A DNA stretch of 31,670 nucleotides from Armatimonadota bacterium (GTDB taxonomy: Bacteria; Sysuimicrobiota; Sysuimicrobiia; Sysuimicrobiales; Humicultoraceae), in contig JBBIOM010000023.1 of assembly GCA_037443365.1 (NCBI GenBank), positions 1 through 31,670 on the forward strand, given 5' to 3'. The notes beneath the pieces were generated by a model that ran no database searches, was not told the origin of the DNA, and saw nothing but the letters and a program-made list of their open reading frames with translations. This document shows, piece by piece, positions 17,306 to 26,719 of this stretch (its first letter is position 1; each line of letters opens with the position of its first letter). Made by a program: the position numbers and the translations under genes.

Positions 17306-18289
17306 TCAGGGCTGGCCGGCGTCGTAAACGGCAGGGTTGACAGTGCTGTCGAGTCGCACGCCATCGAGCGCACGGACGACGTTCTCCGCCGCGGCCACGC
17401 TCATCCGCAGGATCGCCTCGCGAGTCTGCGAGCCGGCGTGCGGGGTGAGGATCACCGAGTCCAGGCAGAGGGGATCGCCGGCCGCGGAGGGCTCGACCGC
17501 CCGGACGTCCAGCGCGGCGCCCGCCAGGCCGCCGTTCCGCAGCGCTTCCGCGAGGGCGGCCTCGTCCACGAGTTCGCCCCGCGCCGTGTTGACCAGGTAC
17601 GCCGTGGGGCGCATAAGGGCAATCTCCCTGGCGCCGATCATCCCCGCGGTCTGCGAAGTGAGCGGAGCGTGGAGCGATACGAAATCCGATTCGCGGAGGA
17701 GATCGCGCAGCTCTGCGTGCACGACGCCCAGGGCCGATTCCTCCTCGGGCGATGGCCGCACGGGATCGCAGAAGACCACCCGCATGCCCAGCGCCCGAGC
17801 GCGGAGCGCGACCTCGCGCCCGATGCGTCCCAGGCCCACCAGGCCCATGGTCTTGCCGGCGATCTCGATCCCGACTTCGCGTCGCCAGTCCCCGCGCTTG
17901 GCGCGCACGTCGTACCGCGGGATGCCCCGCGCCAGGGCGAGTGCGAAGCCGATCACCAGTTCGGCCACTGCCGCCGCGTTCGCTCCCGGTGTCACGGTCA
18001 CGACGACCCCGGCGGCGGTGGCGGCATCGAGATCAACGTTGTCAACGCCCACCCCGAGCCTTGATAGGACGCGCAGGCGCGGGGCAGCGGCGATCACCCT
18101 TGCGGTGATCGGCTCGGTGCCGACGATGGCCGCGTCGCAGTCCGCGATCATCTCGGCGAGGGCGGCCTCCTCCAGCCGCTGCTGGGCGGGCGATGACCGG
18201 ACCAGGCATCCCGCGCGCTCCAGGATGCCCCAGTGCTCTCCGGGCGCATCGCGGAACGCCCGTGCGGTCACCAGGACGGTGCGGCTCAC
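17306..18289 (-). CDS. D-isomer-specific 2-hydroxyacid dehydrogenase (SerA-like, no ACT domain)
   Basis: RLGVGVDNVD, PGANAAAVAE, GLGRIG, SLHAP, NTARG, DV..EP and TPHAG. The GTG overlaps the kinase TGA. Confidence 0.9.
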   Translation of the reverse strand: MSRTVLVTARAFRDAPGEHWGILERAGCLVRSSPAQQRLEEAALAEMIADCDAAIVGTEPITARVIAAAPRLRVLSRLGVGVDNVDLDAATAAGVVVTVTPGANAAAVAELVIGFALALARGIPRYDVRAKRGDWRREVGIEIAGKTMGLVGLGRIGREVALRARALGMRVVFCDPVRPSPEEESALGVVHAELRDLLRESDFVSLHAPLTSQTAGMIGAREIALMRPTAYLVNTARGELVDEAALAEALRNGGLAGAALDVRAVEPSAAGDPLCLDSVILTPHAGSQTREAILRMSVAAAENVVRALDGVRLDSTVNPAVYDAGQP

Positions 18290-19824
18290 CCGGCTGTCCC
18301 GGAGGGGCCCTGCTGCAGGGCGGCAAGCGCGCGCGAGGCCGGCCTGGTGAGGTCGAAGAGCGACCGGTAGAGATCTACAAACGGCCTGTAGCGGGCGCAC
18401 TCGGCGGCGCGCGGCTCCACGCGGCCGGCTGGTCCCACCATCTGCCGGACCGTGGCCTTCAGGTCATCGTACACGCCCACGGCCAGGCCTGCCACGATGG
18501 CCGACCCCAGCACGGCAAGCTCGGTTCGGTTCAGCCGAACATACGGAACACCCAGCACGTCGGCCTTGATCTGGTTCCAAAGGTCGCTTGAGGATCCGCC
18601 GCCGATGACGCGCGCCTCACTCAAGGCCATCCCGGGCACCAGGGCCCGCTCTATGTCCATGTACAGCGCGTACTCGTACGCCACGCCCTCCAGGAGCGCG
18701 CGGTAGAAGTGGGCCCTGGTGTGCGCCCACGTGAAGCCAATCCAGACCCCCCGAAGCGCCGGATCGCTGGGGCAGACGCGGCCCCCCAGGTGGGGCAGGA
18801 AGAGCAGGCCGTCGGCTCCGGGCGGTACGTCGCGCGCCGCAGCGTCAAGGGCCGCGTAGCCCGCCTCCTTGTCCGCGAAGGTGTCCCGGAACCAGCGCAG
18901 GTTCATCCCGCCGCCGTTTATGTAGGCCAGCGAGTACCACAGGCCCTCCGGAACCAGGCGTGCCGAGAACAGGGTTCGGTGCTCCACGTCTGGGGCGAAG
19001 CGATCGGTGCAGATCGCCATCACAGAGGCGGTGCCGGCCACGTCGAACACCTGGCCGGGCTCCACCATGCCTGCGCCCAGCATCCCGGCGGCCTGATCCC
19101 CACACCCCGCGGCTACGGGCGTGCCCGCGAGCAGCCCGGTGTCCGCGGCCGCCCGCGGTGTAAGGTGTCCGATGATCTCCCGAGGCCGGACGATCCTGGG
19201 TAGCTTCGCCGTCGGAATCCCGAACAGACCGCACAACTCATCGGACCACCTGGCCTCGCGCGCATCCGCGAGGCAGGAGAAGTGCAGGTACGTGCAGTCC
19301 ATGAACGCGTCGGCGCCACGCAGGCCGGCCATGCGTCCCGCGACGTAGCCCCCTGGCACCACGAACTTCGCAACCCGGGTGAAGGCCTCGGGATGCTCGC
19401 GCATCATGTGCAGTATCTTGGGTCCGTGGGAGTACGTCGGCGGCCCGCCGGTCGTGCGGATAATCAGCTCCTCGTGTGGTCGCATGGCCTCTATGTAGGG
19501 GCCACATCGGGTGTCAAGCCATGAGTCGTAGGGTGCGGGCGTGCCCCAGGCAGCGTCAACCGTGCCTATCCCGGCCATCTGCCCGTCAAAGGAGATGCCC
19601 GCGACCTCGCCCGGGGCCACGCCGCTTTGGTCAACGCACGCGCGGATCGTGCGCGCCGCCGCGCCGTAGAGATCCTCTGGGTCCTGCTCCACCCAGCCGG
19701 GACGCGGCTGGATCAGGCGCGACTCCTCTGTGGCGTCGGCCAGCAGGGTGCCGTCCTGGGCGAAGATGCCCGCCTTGGTCGCGGTGGTTCCCAGGTCCAC
19801 CCCTATGAGGCACGTGCGGCTCAT
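18286..19824 (-). CDS. FGGY-family carbohydrate kinase (xylulokinase-like)
   Basis: GVDLGTTATK, WVEQDP, DGQM, WLDTRC, GCGDQ, FLPHLGG, ALLEGVA and GGGSSSDLWNQIKAD. Confidence 0.92.
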   Translation of the reverse strand: MSRTCLIGVDLGTTATKAGIFAQDGTLLADATEESRLIQPRPGWVEQDPEDLYGAAARTIRACVDQSGVAPGEVAGISFDGQMAGIGTVDAAWGTPAPYDSWLDTRCGPYIEAMRPHEELIIRTTGGPPTYSHGPKILHMMREHPEAFTRVAKFVVPGGYVAGRMAGLRGADAFMDCTYLHFSCLADAREARWSDELCGLFGIPTAKLPRIVRPREIIGHLTPRAAADTGLLAGTPVAAGCGDQAAGMLGAGMVEPGQVFDVAGTASVMAICTDRFAPDVEHRTLFSARLVPEGLWYSLAYINGGGMNLRWFRDTFADKEAGYAALDAAARDVPPGADGLLFLPHLGGRVCPSDPALRGVWIGFTWAHTRAHFYRALLEGVAYEYALYMDIERALVPGMALSEARVIGGGSSSDLWNQIKADVLGVPYVRLNRTELAVLGSAIVAGLAVGVYDDLKATVRQMVGPAGRVEPRAAECARYRPFVDLYRSLFDLTRPASRALAALQQGPSGTAG

Positions 19825-20408
19825 GGTCGGGGCGCCGTCGCGAAGCGGGGGTTCTCCACGAATGCGGGTCCGCCGTCGTGCGCGACCACCAGGCGCGCAA
19901 ACCCGGTGGACTCGATCGTTCCGTAGTCATGGCCCGCGTCCCCGGGATAGGCGAAGAGCAGCACCAGCGGCCCGGAGCCGGTGTTGATCGAGCGGTGCCC
20001 CCACTGCGGGGGGACGTAGACGACCGTCCCCGCGCCCACGTGCACGGCACGCCATTCCCCGGACGGCGTCTGCAGCATCATCAGGCCCGTCCCTGCCAGG
20101 CCGTAGTAGATCTCGGCCGTGTCGGGCTTCTCGTGGTAGTGCCCCTTGGTCATGAAGTACTCGCCGCCGACCGCACCGGGGTACAGCACCGTCACGCCGT
20201 GGCAGAGGTGCCCTTCGCTCTCCGGCACCGGGGCCACGCTCACCTCGTAGACAAGCGGATCGCCCTGCGCCACCATCGCGGCCCAGGCCTGTTCGTCCGA
20301 GAACACCCCCCGCAGATCGCTGAGGCGCCGCCGGACGGTGTGCACATCGCTGCCCACCAGACCCGCACCGAAGTCCACGCGCGTTGAGATGGGCTCAAAC
20401 GGGCGCAT
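19821..20408 (-). CDS. cupin-type (archaeal-like) glucose-6-phosphate isomerase family protein
   Basis: LYPGAVGGEYFMTKGHYH, EIYYGLAG, YVPPQWGHRSIN and AGHDYG. Metal ligands H-x-H...E...H are present. Confidence 0.9.
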   Translation of the reverse strand: MRPFEPISTRVDFGAGLVGSDVHTVRRRLSDLRGVFSDEQAWAAMVAQGDPLVYEVSVAPVPESEGHLCHGVTVLYPGAVGGEYFMTKGHYHEKPDTAEIYYGLAGTGLMMLQTPSGEWRAVHVGAGTVVYVPPQWGHRSINTGSGPLVLLFAYPGDAGHDYGTIESTGFARLVVAHDGGPAFVENPRFATAPRP

Positions 20409-20418
20409 CGCCGGCCTC

Positions 20419-21873
20419 CTACCCGCCCAGGTCTATGCGGATGTGCTTGATGGCCAGGTACTCCGACAGGGCGTGGGCGGAGTTCTCGATGCCGAACCCG
20501 CTCTGCTTCCAGCCGCCGTAGGGATAGGCCACCTCTCCGCCGGCCACGTTGTTCACGCCCACGGTCCCGGCCTCCAGGCGCTCGGCCACGGTAAACGCCG
20601 TGCGCAGGTCGCGCGTATAGACGTAGGCAACCAGCCCGTAGGGCGTGTCGTTGGCGAACCGCACGGCCTCGTCCACGCTATCTACGACCATGATTGGGGC
20701 GACCGGCCCGAAGGTCTCCTCCTGCATCACCTTCATCGTGTGGTTCACGTCCGCCAGAACCGTGGGCAGGAAGAAGTGGCCGCGGCTGTAGGCCTCACCC
20801 TCTGGAGGGGTCCCGCCACAAAGCACGCGGGCGCCCTTGGCGACGGCATCCTCGATGTGCGCGCGCGTGGTCGCCACGCCGGATGCGTTCGTCATGGGGC
20901 CGAGGTCCACATCCGGGTCGAGGCCGTTGCCGATGCGAAGCGCCCGGGTCTTCGCCACGAACCGCTCAACGTACTCGTCGTAGACGTCTCTGTGCACGTA
21001 TATGCGGTTGACGGCGTTGCAGATCTGCCCCATGTTGCGGAACGAGCGGTACGCGCCGCCGTGCGCGGCCGCCTCCAGGTCGGCGTCCGGACACACCACG
21101 AGCGGGCAGTGCCCGCCCAGTTCGAGCGAGAGGCGCGTGAGGCGCTCCGAGGCCACGCGCATGATCTCCTTGCCGGTCTCGGTCTGCCCGGTCAGTGCGA
21201 TCTTGCGGATCGCGGGGTGGCCGACCAGCGTCCGCCCGACCACCGCGGCAGGCCCGGTCACGACGCCCACAACGCCCGGCGGGAGCCCGGCCTCACGAAG
21301 GCACTCGAACAACCGCAGGGTGGCGAGCGGCGTGTCGCTGGCCGGCTTGGCCACCACCGTGCATCCGGAGATCAGGGCGGGCGCCAGCTTCCACGCCACG
21401 AGCAGCAGAGGGTAGTTCCACGGCGCGATCGCCGCGACCGGGCCAACTGGCTGGCGAATGACGATGCTGCGGCGCGCGCCCGAGTCGGTGGCGATCGTCT
21501 CGCCCAGCAGGCGCCGGCCTTCCTCAGAGAAGTACTCGAAGGCCTCCGCGGTGCCGTCCACCTCGCCCAGCGCCTCCTTCAGGGGCTTGCCCTGCTCCGC
21601 GGTCAGCAGCCGGGCGATCGGCTCGCGCCGCGCGCGCAACAGATCGGCGGCCTGCCGCAGCAGGCGCCCGCGCCTGGGCGGCGGTGTCGCGGCCCAGGCC
21701 GGGAAGGCCCGTGCCGCGGCTTCCACGGCCCGCTCGACATCACGGGCGGTGGCCTTCGGCGCATGCCCGACGGTCTCTCCTGTTGCAGGGTTGACCACGG
21801 GAAAGGTCTGGCCGTCCTCGGAAGCGACCATCTCGCCGTCTATGAGCATGCAAAGCGTCTGGGTCTGGCTCAT
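20419..21873 (-). CDS. NAD(P)-dependent aldehyde dehydrogenase (SSADH-like)
   Basis: PWNYP, KPASDTP, LELGG (Glu), GQICNA (Cys), EETFGP and PYGGWKQSG. Confidence 0.93.
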   Translation of the reverse strand: MSQTQTLCMLIDGEMVASEDGQTFPVVNPATGETVGHAPKATARDVERAVEAAARAFPAWAATPPPRRGRLLRQAADLLRARREPIARLLTAEQGKPLKEALGEVDGTAEAFEYFSEEGRRLLGETIATDSGARRSIVIRQPVGPVAAIAPWNYPLLLVAWKLAPALISGCTVVAKPASDTPLATLRLFECLREAGLPPGVVGVVTGPAAVVGRTLVGHPAIRKIALTGQTETGKEIMRVASERLTRLSLELGGHCPLVVCPDADLEAAAHGGAYRSFRNMGQICNAVNRIYVHRDVYDEYVERFVAKTRALRIGNGLDPDVDLGPMTNASGVATTRAHIEDAVAKGARVLCGGTPPEGEAYSRGHFFLPTVLADVNHTMKVMQEETFGPVAPIMVVDSVDEAVRFANDTPYGLVAYVYTRDLRTAFTVAERLEAGTVGVNNVAGGEVAYPYGGWKQSGFGIENSAHALSEYLAIKHIRIDLGG

Positions 21874-22940
21874 TGGGCTACCCGCCTTTCGCTCAAACCA
21901 GGTGAGATCACCATCTTCAGATTCTGGCGGCTGCGGGCGCGCTCGAAGGCTTCGAGCCCATCCTCCAGTGGCAGGACCGCGCTGATCAGGCGCGACAGGT
22001 CAACGCGGCGCCGGACCGCCAGATCGAGTGCCCTGCCGAACTGCCAGCGGCTGGCGCCGGTGGTTCCGGTCACGGTGATCTGGCGGTAGTGGACGCGGTT
22101 GGACGAGAAGGTGATGGCGTCCTGCCCCCGCGGCAGACCCGCGAAGTAGACGACGCGCCCCAGCGCGGCGGCCAGGTGCGGGGCCTGCTCCATGGCCTGC
22201 GAAGAGGGCGCGGCCACGATGACCGCATCTGCTCCCCTGCCGTCTGTGGCGCGCAGCACCGCCTCGGGCAGGTCCTCTGCGCCCGGGTTGATCAGCACGT
22301 CCGCGCCAAACGCCCCTGCCTGGGCCAGCCTCTCCTCGACGATCTCGCTTGCGATCACGCTCCCGGCACCGGCCAAGCGCGCCAGAAGCAGGAGCATCAG
22401 GCCGATCGGGCCGCCCCCGATGACCAGCACCGCATCGCCGGGCGCAATCCGGGCGGCCTGGATCCCGTTGTAGCAGCAGGAGAGCGGCTCGACGAGGGCT
22501 GCCTCGGCGAAGCTCATGCCATCGGGAATGGGAATCAACAGGGACTGGCGCAGCGCCCGCTCGGGCACGAGCATGAACTCGGCGAAGCCCCCGTCCAGGT
22601 CAATGCCGAACGCCTGGCAAGCCGAGCAGAGGTGGGTCTGCCCGCGGACGCACAGGTCGCAGACGCCGCACCCGATGTTGGGCATGACCGCCGCGGGCAT
22701 GCCTGCTGGAATGCCCGTCACCTGCGGGCCGGCCGCCGCCACCCGGCCTGCGACCTCGTGCCCAAGGACGCGGCGCACGTCCCGGGGAATCCGCAGGTGC
22801 CCGCCGTCGGCGATGCGCAGATCCGTGGCGCAGACGCTGGCAGCCGCCACTTCCAGGAGAACGTCCCCGGCCCCCGGCCGAGGAACCTCTATGTCCGCGA
22901 CGCGCAGGCCCTCCTGTCCATGGTGCACAAGCGCCTTCAC
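21870..22940 (-). CDS. zinc-dependent alcohol/polyol dehydrogenase (MDR, sorbitol-DH-like)
   Basis: VCATD, GHE, structural Zn site CGVCDLC...C, VEP and GGGPIG. Confidence 0.9.
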   Translation of the reverse strand: MKALVHHGQEGLRVADIEVPRPGAGDVLLEVAAASVCATDLRIADGGHLRIPRDVRRVLGHEVAGRVAAAGPQVTGIPAGMPAAVMPNIGCGVCDLCVRGQTHLCSACQAFGIDLDGGFAEFMLVPERALRQSLLIPIPDGMSFAEAALVEPLSCCYNGIQAARIAPGDAVLVIGGGPIGLMLLLLARLAGAGSVIASEIVEERLAQAGAFGADVLINPGAEDLPEAVLRATDGRGADAVIVAAPSSQAMEQAPHLAAALGRVVYFAGLPRGQDAITFSSNRVHYRQITVTGTTGASRWQFGRALDLAVRRRVDLSRLISAVLPLEDGLEAFERARSRQNLKMVISPGLSERRVAQ

Positions 22941-23989
22941 GCCAGACCCTCATGGGCGTCCCCGCCTGCTAGCGGCAGGGTCACGGGCGCTCCCAGGCGG
23001 CTGGACAGGCTGGCCGCCAGCGTCGCCTCCAGCGCCCTCCTGCCGTCCAGCCCGGTGGCAAGGGGCTGTTCCTCTCCCCGGATGGAGCGCACGAAGTGCT
23101 CTGCCTCGGCCACGTAGGCCTCTCGAAACCGTTCGCGCCAGCCCGCAAACGGCGCGGACTGCACGCCGGATTCGCGCGTGCACGTGAGCACCGCGCTGCC
23201 CCGCAGCTCACCCACCTGCAGCACGCCCCTGGTGCCCAGGACCTCCAGCCGGGCGTCGTAGCCGTAGTCCACCGGGCACGCGCCATCTATCATCGCGAGG
23301 GTGCCATCGGCCATCCGCAGCGTCACCACCGCGCTGTCGTAGAACCCGGGGAACTCTCCGAGCAGATCGGGCCGCTTCGAAGCGGAGGTCTCGGCATAGA
23401 TGCGCGCCACATCACCACCGGCCATCCAGAGCACCGTATCGAAGTCGTGGCTGTTCACCTCCGCGAGCATGCCGATGCTGCGGCGCGCATCCCAGGCCCA
23501 GCGCGGTGGCAGGCCGGGCCCGCGCGTGAGCGACCGGATCACCATGGGCCGGCCGATCCTGCCGGCCTCGAGCAGGCGCCTGGCCTCCCGAAAGGCAGGG
23601 TCGAACCGGCGCATGAAGCCGATCTGCAGCACGACGCCCGCCGACGCCGCGGCCGCGATCATGCGGTCGGCCTCGGCCAGGTTCAGGGCCATGGGCTTCT
23701 CGCAGAGGATGTGCTTCCCGGCCGAGGCGGCTTCGAGCGACATCTCCGCGTGCGTGAACGTGGGCGACGTGATGCACACCGCGTCCACCTGCGCATCGGC
23801 GAGCGCCTCGCGTATCCCGGCGTACCGGGCGGCCACGCCCAGCTCCGCGGCGCGCGCCTCCAGCACCTCGCCGTCGGCCTCAACCACTGCTTCAAGCGCG
23901 GCTCCGGGCACGTTGCGCTGGAAGTTGACCGCGTGCACCATGCCGGCCCTGCCCAGGCCCACGACGCAGACACGCACTACCGATCGCAC
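22937..23989 (-). CDS. Gfo/Idh/MocA family oxidoreductase (inositol 2-dehydrogenase-like)
   Basis: GLGRAG, CEKP, GFMRRFD, SHDFD and YGYDARLE. Confidence 0.9.
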   Translation of the reverse strand: MRSVVRVCVVGLGRAGMVHAVNFQRNVPGAALEAVVEADGEVLEARAAELGVAARYAGIREALADAQVDAVCITSPTFTHAEMSLEAASAGKHILCEKPMALNLAEADRMIAAAASAGVVLQIGFMRRFDPAFREARRLLEAGRIGRPMVIRSLTRGPGLPPRWAWDARRSIGMLAEVNSHDFDTVLWMAGGDVARIYAETSASKRPDLLGEFPGFYDSAVVTLRMADGTLAMIDGACPVDYGYDARLEVLGTRGVLQVGELRGSAVLTCTRESGVQSAPFAGWRERFREAYVAEAEHFVRSIRGEEQPLATGLDGRRALEATLAASLSSRLGAPVTLPLAGGDAHEGLA

Positions 23990-24014
23990 CAGTCCGCCCT
24001 CCTCCGACCTCGTT

Positions 24015-24890
24015 CTATCCCCGGGCGATCTCCGCCTCGACGGCGCGCAGCCGCTGGATGGACTCCTCGGCGAAGACGTCCCAGAGGTGGCGCAGGCGGC
24101 TCATCCGAACCGCGATGTACGGATCGGGCAGCGGCGGCAGCGGCTCCAGGGTCAGCACCCGATCGTAGCCGATCGCGCGCAGCGCGCGCAGGAGCGCGTG
24201 GAAGTCCACGTGCCCGCGGCCCGGGGCCTGGCGGTTGCTGTCGGAGACGTGCACGTTCACCAGGCGCTTCCCAGCCAGCCGCACCGCGGCTGCGAGATCG
24301 GCTTCCTCGATGTTCATGTGGAACGTGTCCAGGTGTATGGCGACTGCCTCGGACCCCACCTCGTCGGCGAACCGCACCGCTTGTTCGCAGGTGTTGATCA
24401 GGAACGTCTCGTAGCGGTTGATGGGCTCTATGGCCAGAAAGACGCCCCTGGCCTTGGCGGCGCGCGAGGCCTCGCGCACCGAGGCAACGGCGTTCCGCCA
24501 GGCCTGATCGTAGCCCTCCTCCCATGCCACGCTGTCCCGCATCTCCACCGTCGGGGCGGTCTTTGCCACCGCCGAGGGCACGACGATCACGAGCGGAGCG
24601 CCCACGGCCGCGGCGAACTCCACGCACGCTTCCAGGTAGGCCACGGCCCTGCGGCGCACCAGCGGGTCAGGACTGGCCAGGTCGCGGCTGTCGGTGGGAT
24701 GCGGGTACATGCCGGCAATGGACAGCACGGACAGGCCGTGCTTCTGGCAGAGGGCCCGGACCTCGACCGGGTGGTACTGGTCCGGCTCACCCATCAGCTC
24801 TACCCCATCGTAGCCGAACCTGCGCAGGCGCTGGAACGTCTGCTCGAGGGGCTCTCCCCCGTAGATCCAGTTGCTGATCGAGTACTTCAC
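24015..24890 (-). CDS. D-tagatose/D-psicose/L-ribulose 3-epimerase-like TIM-barrel protein
   Basis: GYDGVE, EPINRYET, LDTFHMNIEE, HVSDSNR..PG.GH and LTLEP retain the E-D-H-E metal/catalytic set. Confidence 0.88.
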   Translation of the reverse strand: MKYSISNWIYGGEPLEQTFQRLRRFGYDGVELMGEPDQYHPVEVRALCQKHGLSVLSIAGMYPHPTDSRDLASPDPLVRRRAVAYLEACVEFAAAVGAPLVIVVPSAVAKTAPTVEMRDSVAWEEGYDQAWRNAVASVREASRAAKARGVFLAIEPINRYETFLINTCEQAVRFADEVGSEAVAIHLDTFHMNIEEADLAAAVRLAGKRLVNVHVSDSNRQAPGRGHVDFHALLRALRAIGYDRVLTLEPLPPLPDPYIAVRMSRLRHLWDVFAEESIQRLRAVEAEIARG

Positions 24891-24902
24891 GGCCTCACCT
24901 CC

Positions 24903-25673
24903 TCAGGGCTCCAGCCAGATCGAGTAGCGGTAGCGGTCGGCACGGTAGAACCCCTCCACGTACTCGATGGGACGGCCGTCCTCGGCGAAGAGCGTGCGGC
25001 GCAGGACAAGGACAGGACTGCGCGGGGGAACCTCCAGGGCCCGCGCGAGGGCAGGGGTCGTCCGCTCGGCCTCTATGTACTGAAACGCCTTGGCGAACTT
25101 CAACCCCAGGCGGTACTGGAAGGTCTCGTAGAGGGATCCCGTGAAGTCCTCTCCCCCGGTCAGGCCGGCCCATCTGGGCACATAGGACATGAGCACGACG
25201 ATGGGCGCTCCATCGGCGCAGCGCAGCCTCTCGATCTTGAGGACCTGCTCGCCTGCCTCGACCCTCAGCGCCTCGCGTACCGCCGGGGGCGGCTCGATCC
25301 ACGAGGCCGCGGCGCTGCGCGTGCTGGGCTCGGCGCCCCGGCTGCGCATCTCAGACGTGAAACTCACCAGCTTGGGCAGCGGTTCCTCGATGCGGCGCTG
25401 CAGAACGAACGTCCCCTTGCCGCGGCTGCGCACCAGGTAGCCCTCGCTGACCAAGGCGTCAACGGCCTGGCGCACGGTCTGGCGGCTCACGTTGAAGATG
25501 CGCTGCAGCTCGACCTCGGGAGGGATCGGCGCGCCCGGGCGCATCTCGCCCGACTGGATCTTGGAGCGGATCGCCTCCCGGATCTGGGCGTAGAGCGGGG
25601 CCGCGCCGCCGTGGCGCACCAGGAACACACCCTCGAGGCGGTCGCGGTCAGGATCTTCGGGATGCCCGGGCAT
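24903..25673 (-). CDS. GntR-family regulator, HutC subfamily (wHTH + UTRA)
   Basis: PLYAQI, VSRQTVRQA, RGKGTFV, LVSFTSEM, IERLR, SLYE and RPIEY. GGAG SD before ATG 25673. Confidence 0.92.
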   Translation of the reverse strand: MPGHPEDPDRDRLEGVFLVRHGGAAPLYAQIREAIRSKIQSGEMRPGAPIPPEVELQRIFNVSRQTVRQAVDALVSEGYLVRSRGKGTFVLQRRIEEPLPKLVSFTSEMRSRGAEPSTRSAAASWIEPPPAVREALRVEAGEQVLKIERLRCADGAPIVVLMSYVPRWAGLTGGEDFTGSLYETFQYRLGLKFAKAFQYIEAERTTPALARALEVPPRSPVLVLRRTLFAEDGRPIEYVEGFYRADRYRYSIWLEP

Positions 25674-25675
25674 AT

Positions 25676-26719
25676 CTACGCTCCAAACCGCCTCCTGCGC
25701 CACTGGTCGAATACCACCACGGCGATGATGACCAGCCCCATGACCACGCGCTGCCAGAAGGCCGAAACGTTGAGGAGGTTCAGGCCGTTGCCCAGGACCC
25801 CCATGATCAGGGCCCCGACCGCGGTCCCGGCGACGGTCCCCTCGCCCCCGAACAGGTTGGTGCCGCCCAGCACCACCGCGCCTATCGACTGGAGCTCCAT
25901 TCCATCGCCCATGAGCGCGTTGGCGGAGTTGAGCCGGCCTGTCAGCACCAGGCCGCCCACACCGGCGGTGAACCCGCAGAACGCGTAGACCGTGATCTTC
26001 GTGCGGTCCACACTTATCCCGGAGACCCTGGCCGCCTCGCGATTCCCTCCCACGGCCAGCGCGCAGCGCCCGAGCCGCGTGTGGTGCAACACAGCCCATC
26101 CCAGCAGGGCGGTGAGCACGGCGACCACCGCAGGGGTGGGCACGCCGAGCACGGTCCCGCTGCCGAGCCAGATGATCTCGGGCGGGAGATAGGCCTTCAA
26201 CTGTATCGCGGTCACGTGCGAGGGAACGGGGAGTCCGTCCGTGAGCAGCAGCGCGACCCCGCGCGCCGTGGTCATCATCCCCAGCGTGGCGATGAAGTCG
26301 GGAATCCTGCCCTTGGTGATGACGAGGCCGTTTATCAGGCCCAGCAGGGTCCCCATGGCCAGCCCCAGCGGGAGGCCCAACCAGACGCTCCATCCCCAGT
26401 AGGCCATGGAGACCGCCGAGAGGGAGCCGGCCAGGGCCATCATCGCCGCAACCGAGAGATCTATGCCCCCCGAGATGATGACCAGGGTCTGGCCCACCGC
26501 CAGGATGGCGGTGACCGAGGTCTGGGCCAGCACGTTCATGAAGTTGCTCGTGGTGCGGAAGTGGGGCGAGACCGCGGAAAGGTACCCGGCCAGCAGGAAC
26601 AGCGCAATGATGGGCCCTCCTCGCAGCAGGAGCTTCATCACCCAGGCCTCGGAGACTCCAAGCGTGTCCTTGGCCGCGATTGCCTCTGCGCTGGCGTGCG
26701 TCTCCCTGTGCTGCGCCAT
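25676..26719 (-). CDS. sugar ABC transporter permease (RbsC-like)
   Basis: GQTLVIISGGIDLSV, FIATLG, GGNREAARVSGI and IGAVVLGGT. TGATG coupling with the ATPase. Confidence 0.93.
   Translation of the reverse strand: MAQHRETHASAEAIAAKDTLGVSEAWVMKLLLRGGPIIALFLLAGYLSAVSPHFRTTSNFMNVLAQTSVTAILAVGQTLVIISGGIDLSVAAMMALAGSLSAVSMAYWGWSVWLGLPLGLAMGTLLGLINGLVITKGRIPDFIATLGMMTTARGVALLLTDGLPVPSHVTAIQLKAYLPPEIIWLGSGTVLGVPTPAVVAVLTALLGWAVLHHTRLGRCALAVGGNREAARVSGISVDRTKITVYAFCGFTAGVGGLVLTGRLNSANALMGDGMELQSIGAVVLGGTNLFGGEGTVAGTAVGALIMGVLGNGLNLLNVSAFWQRVVMGLVIIAVVVFDQWRRRRFGA

Noticed and set aside
22937-24890. Canonical myo-inositol (iol) pathway suggested by IolG-like and TIM-barrel genes
   Set aside because: No iolB/C/D/E, and the TIM-barrel motifs fit ketose 3-epimerases better.
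23400-25988. 862-aa plus-strand ORF, and similar long antisense ORFs (20338-22089, 28046-30148, 16547-18064, 6639-8081)
   Set aside because: Shadow frames opposite well-supported genes, expected at high GC. They show no recognisable motifs.
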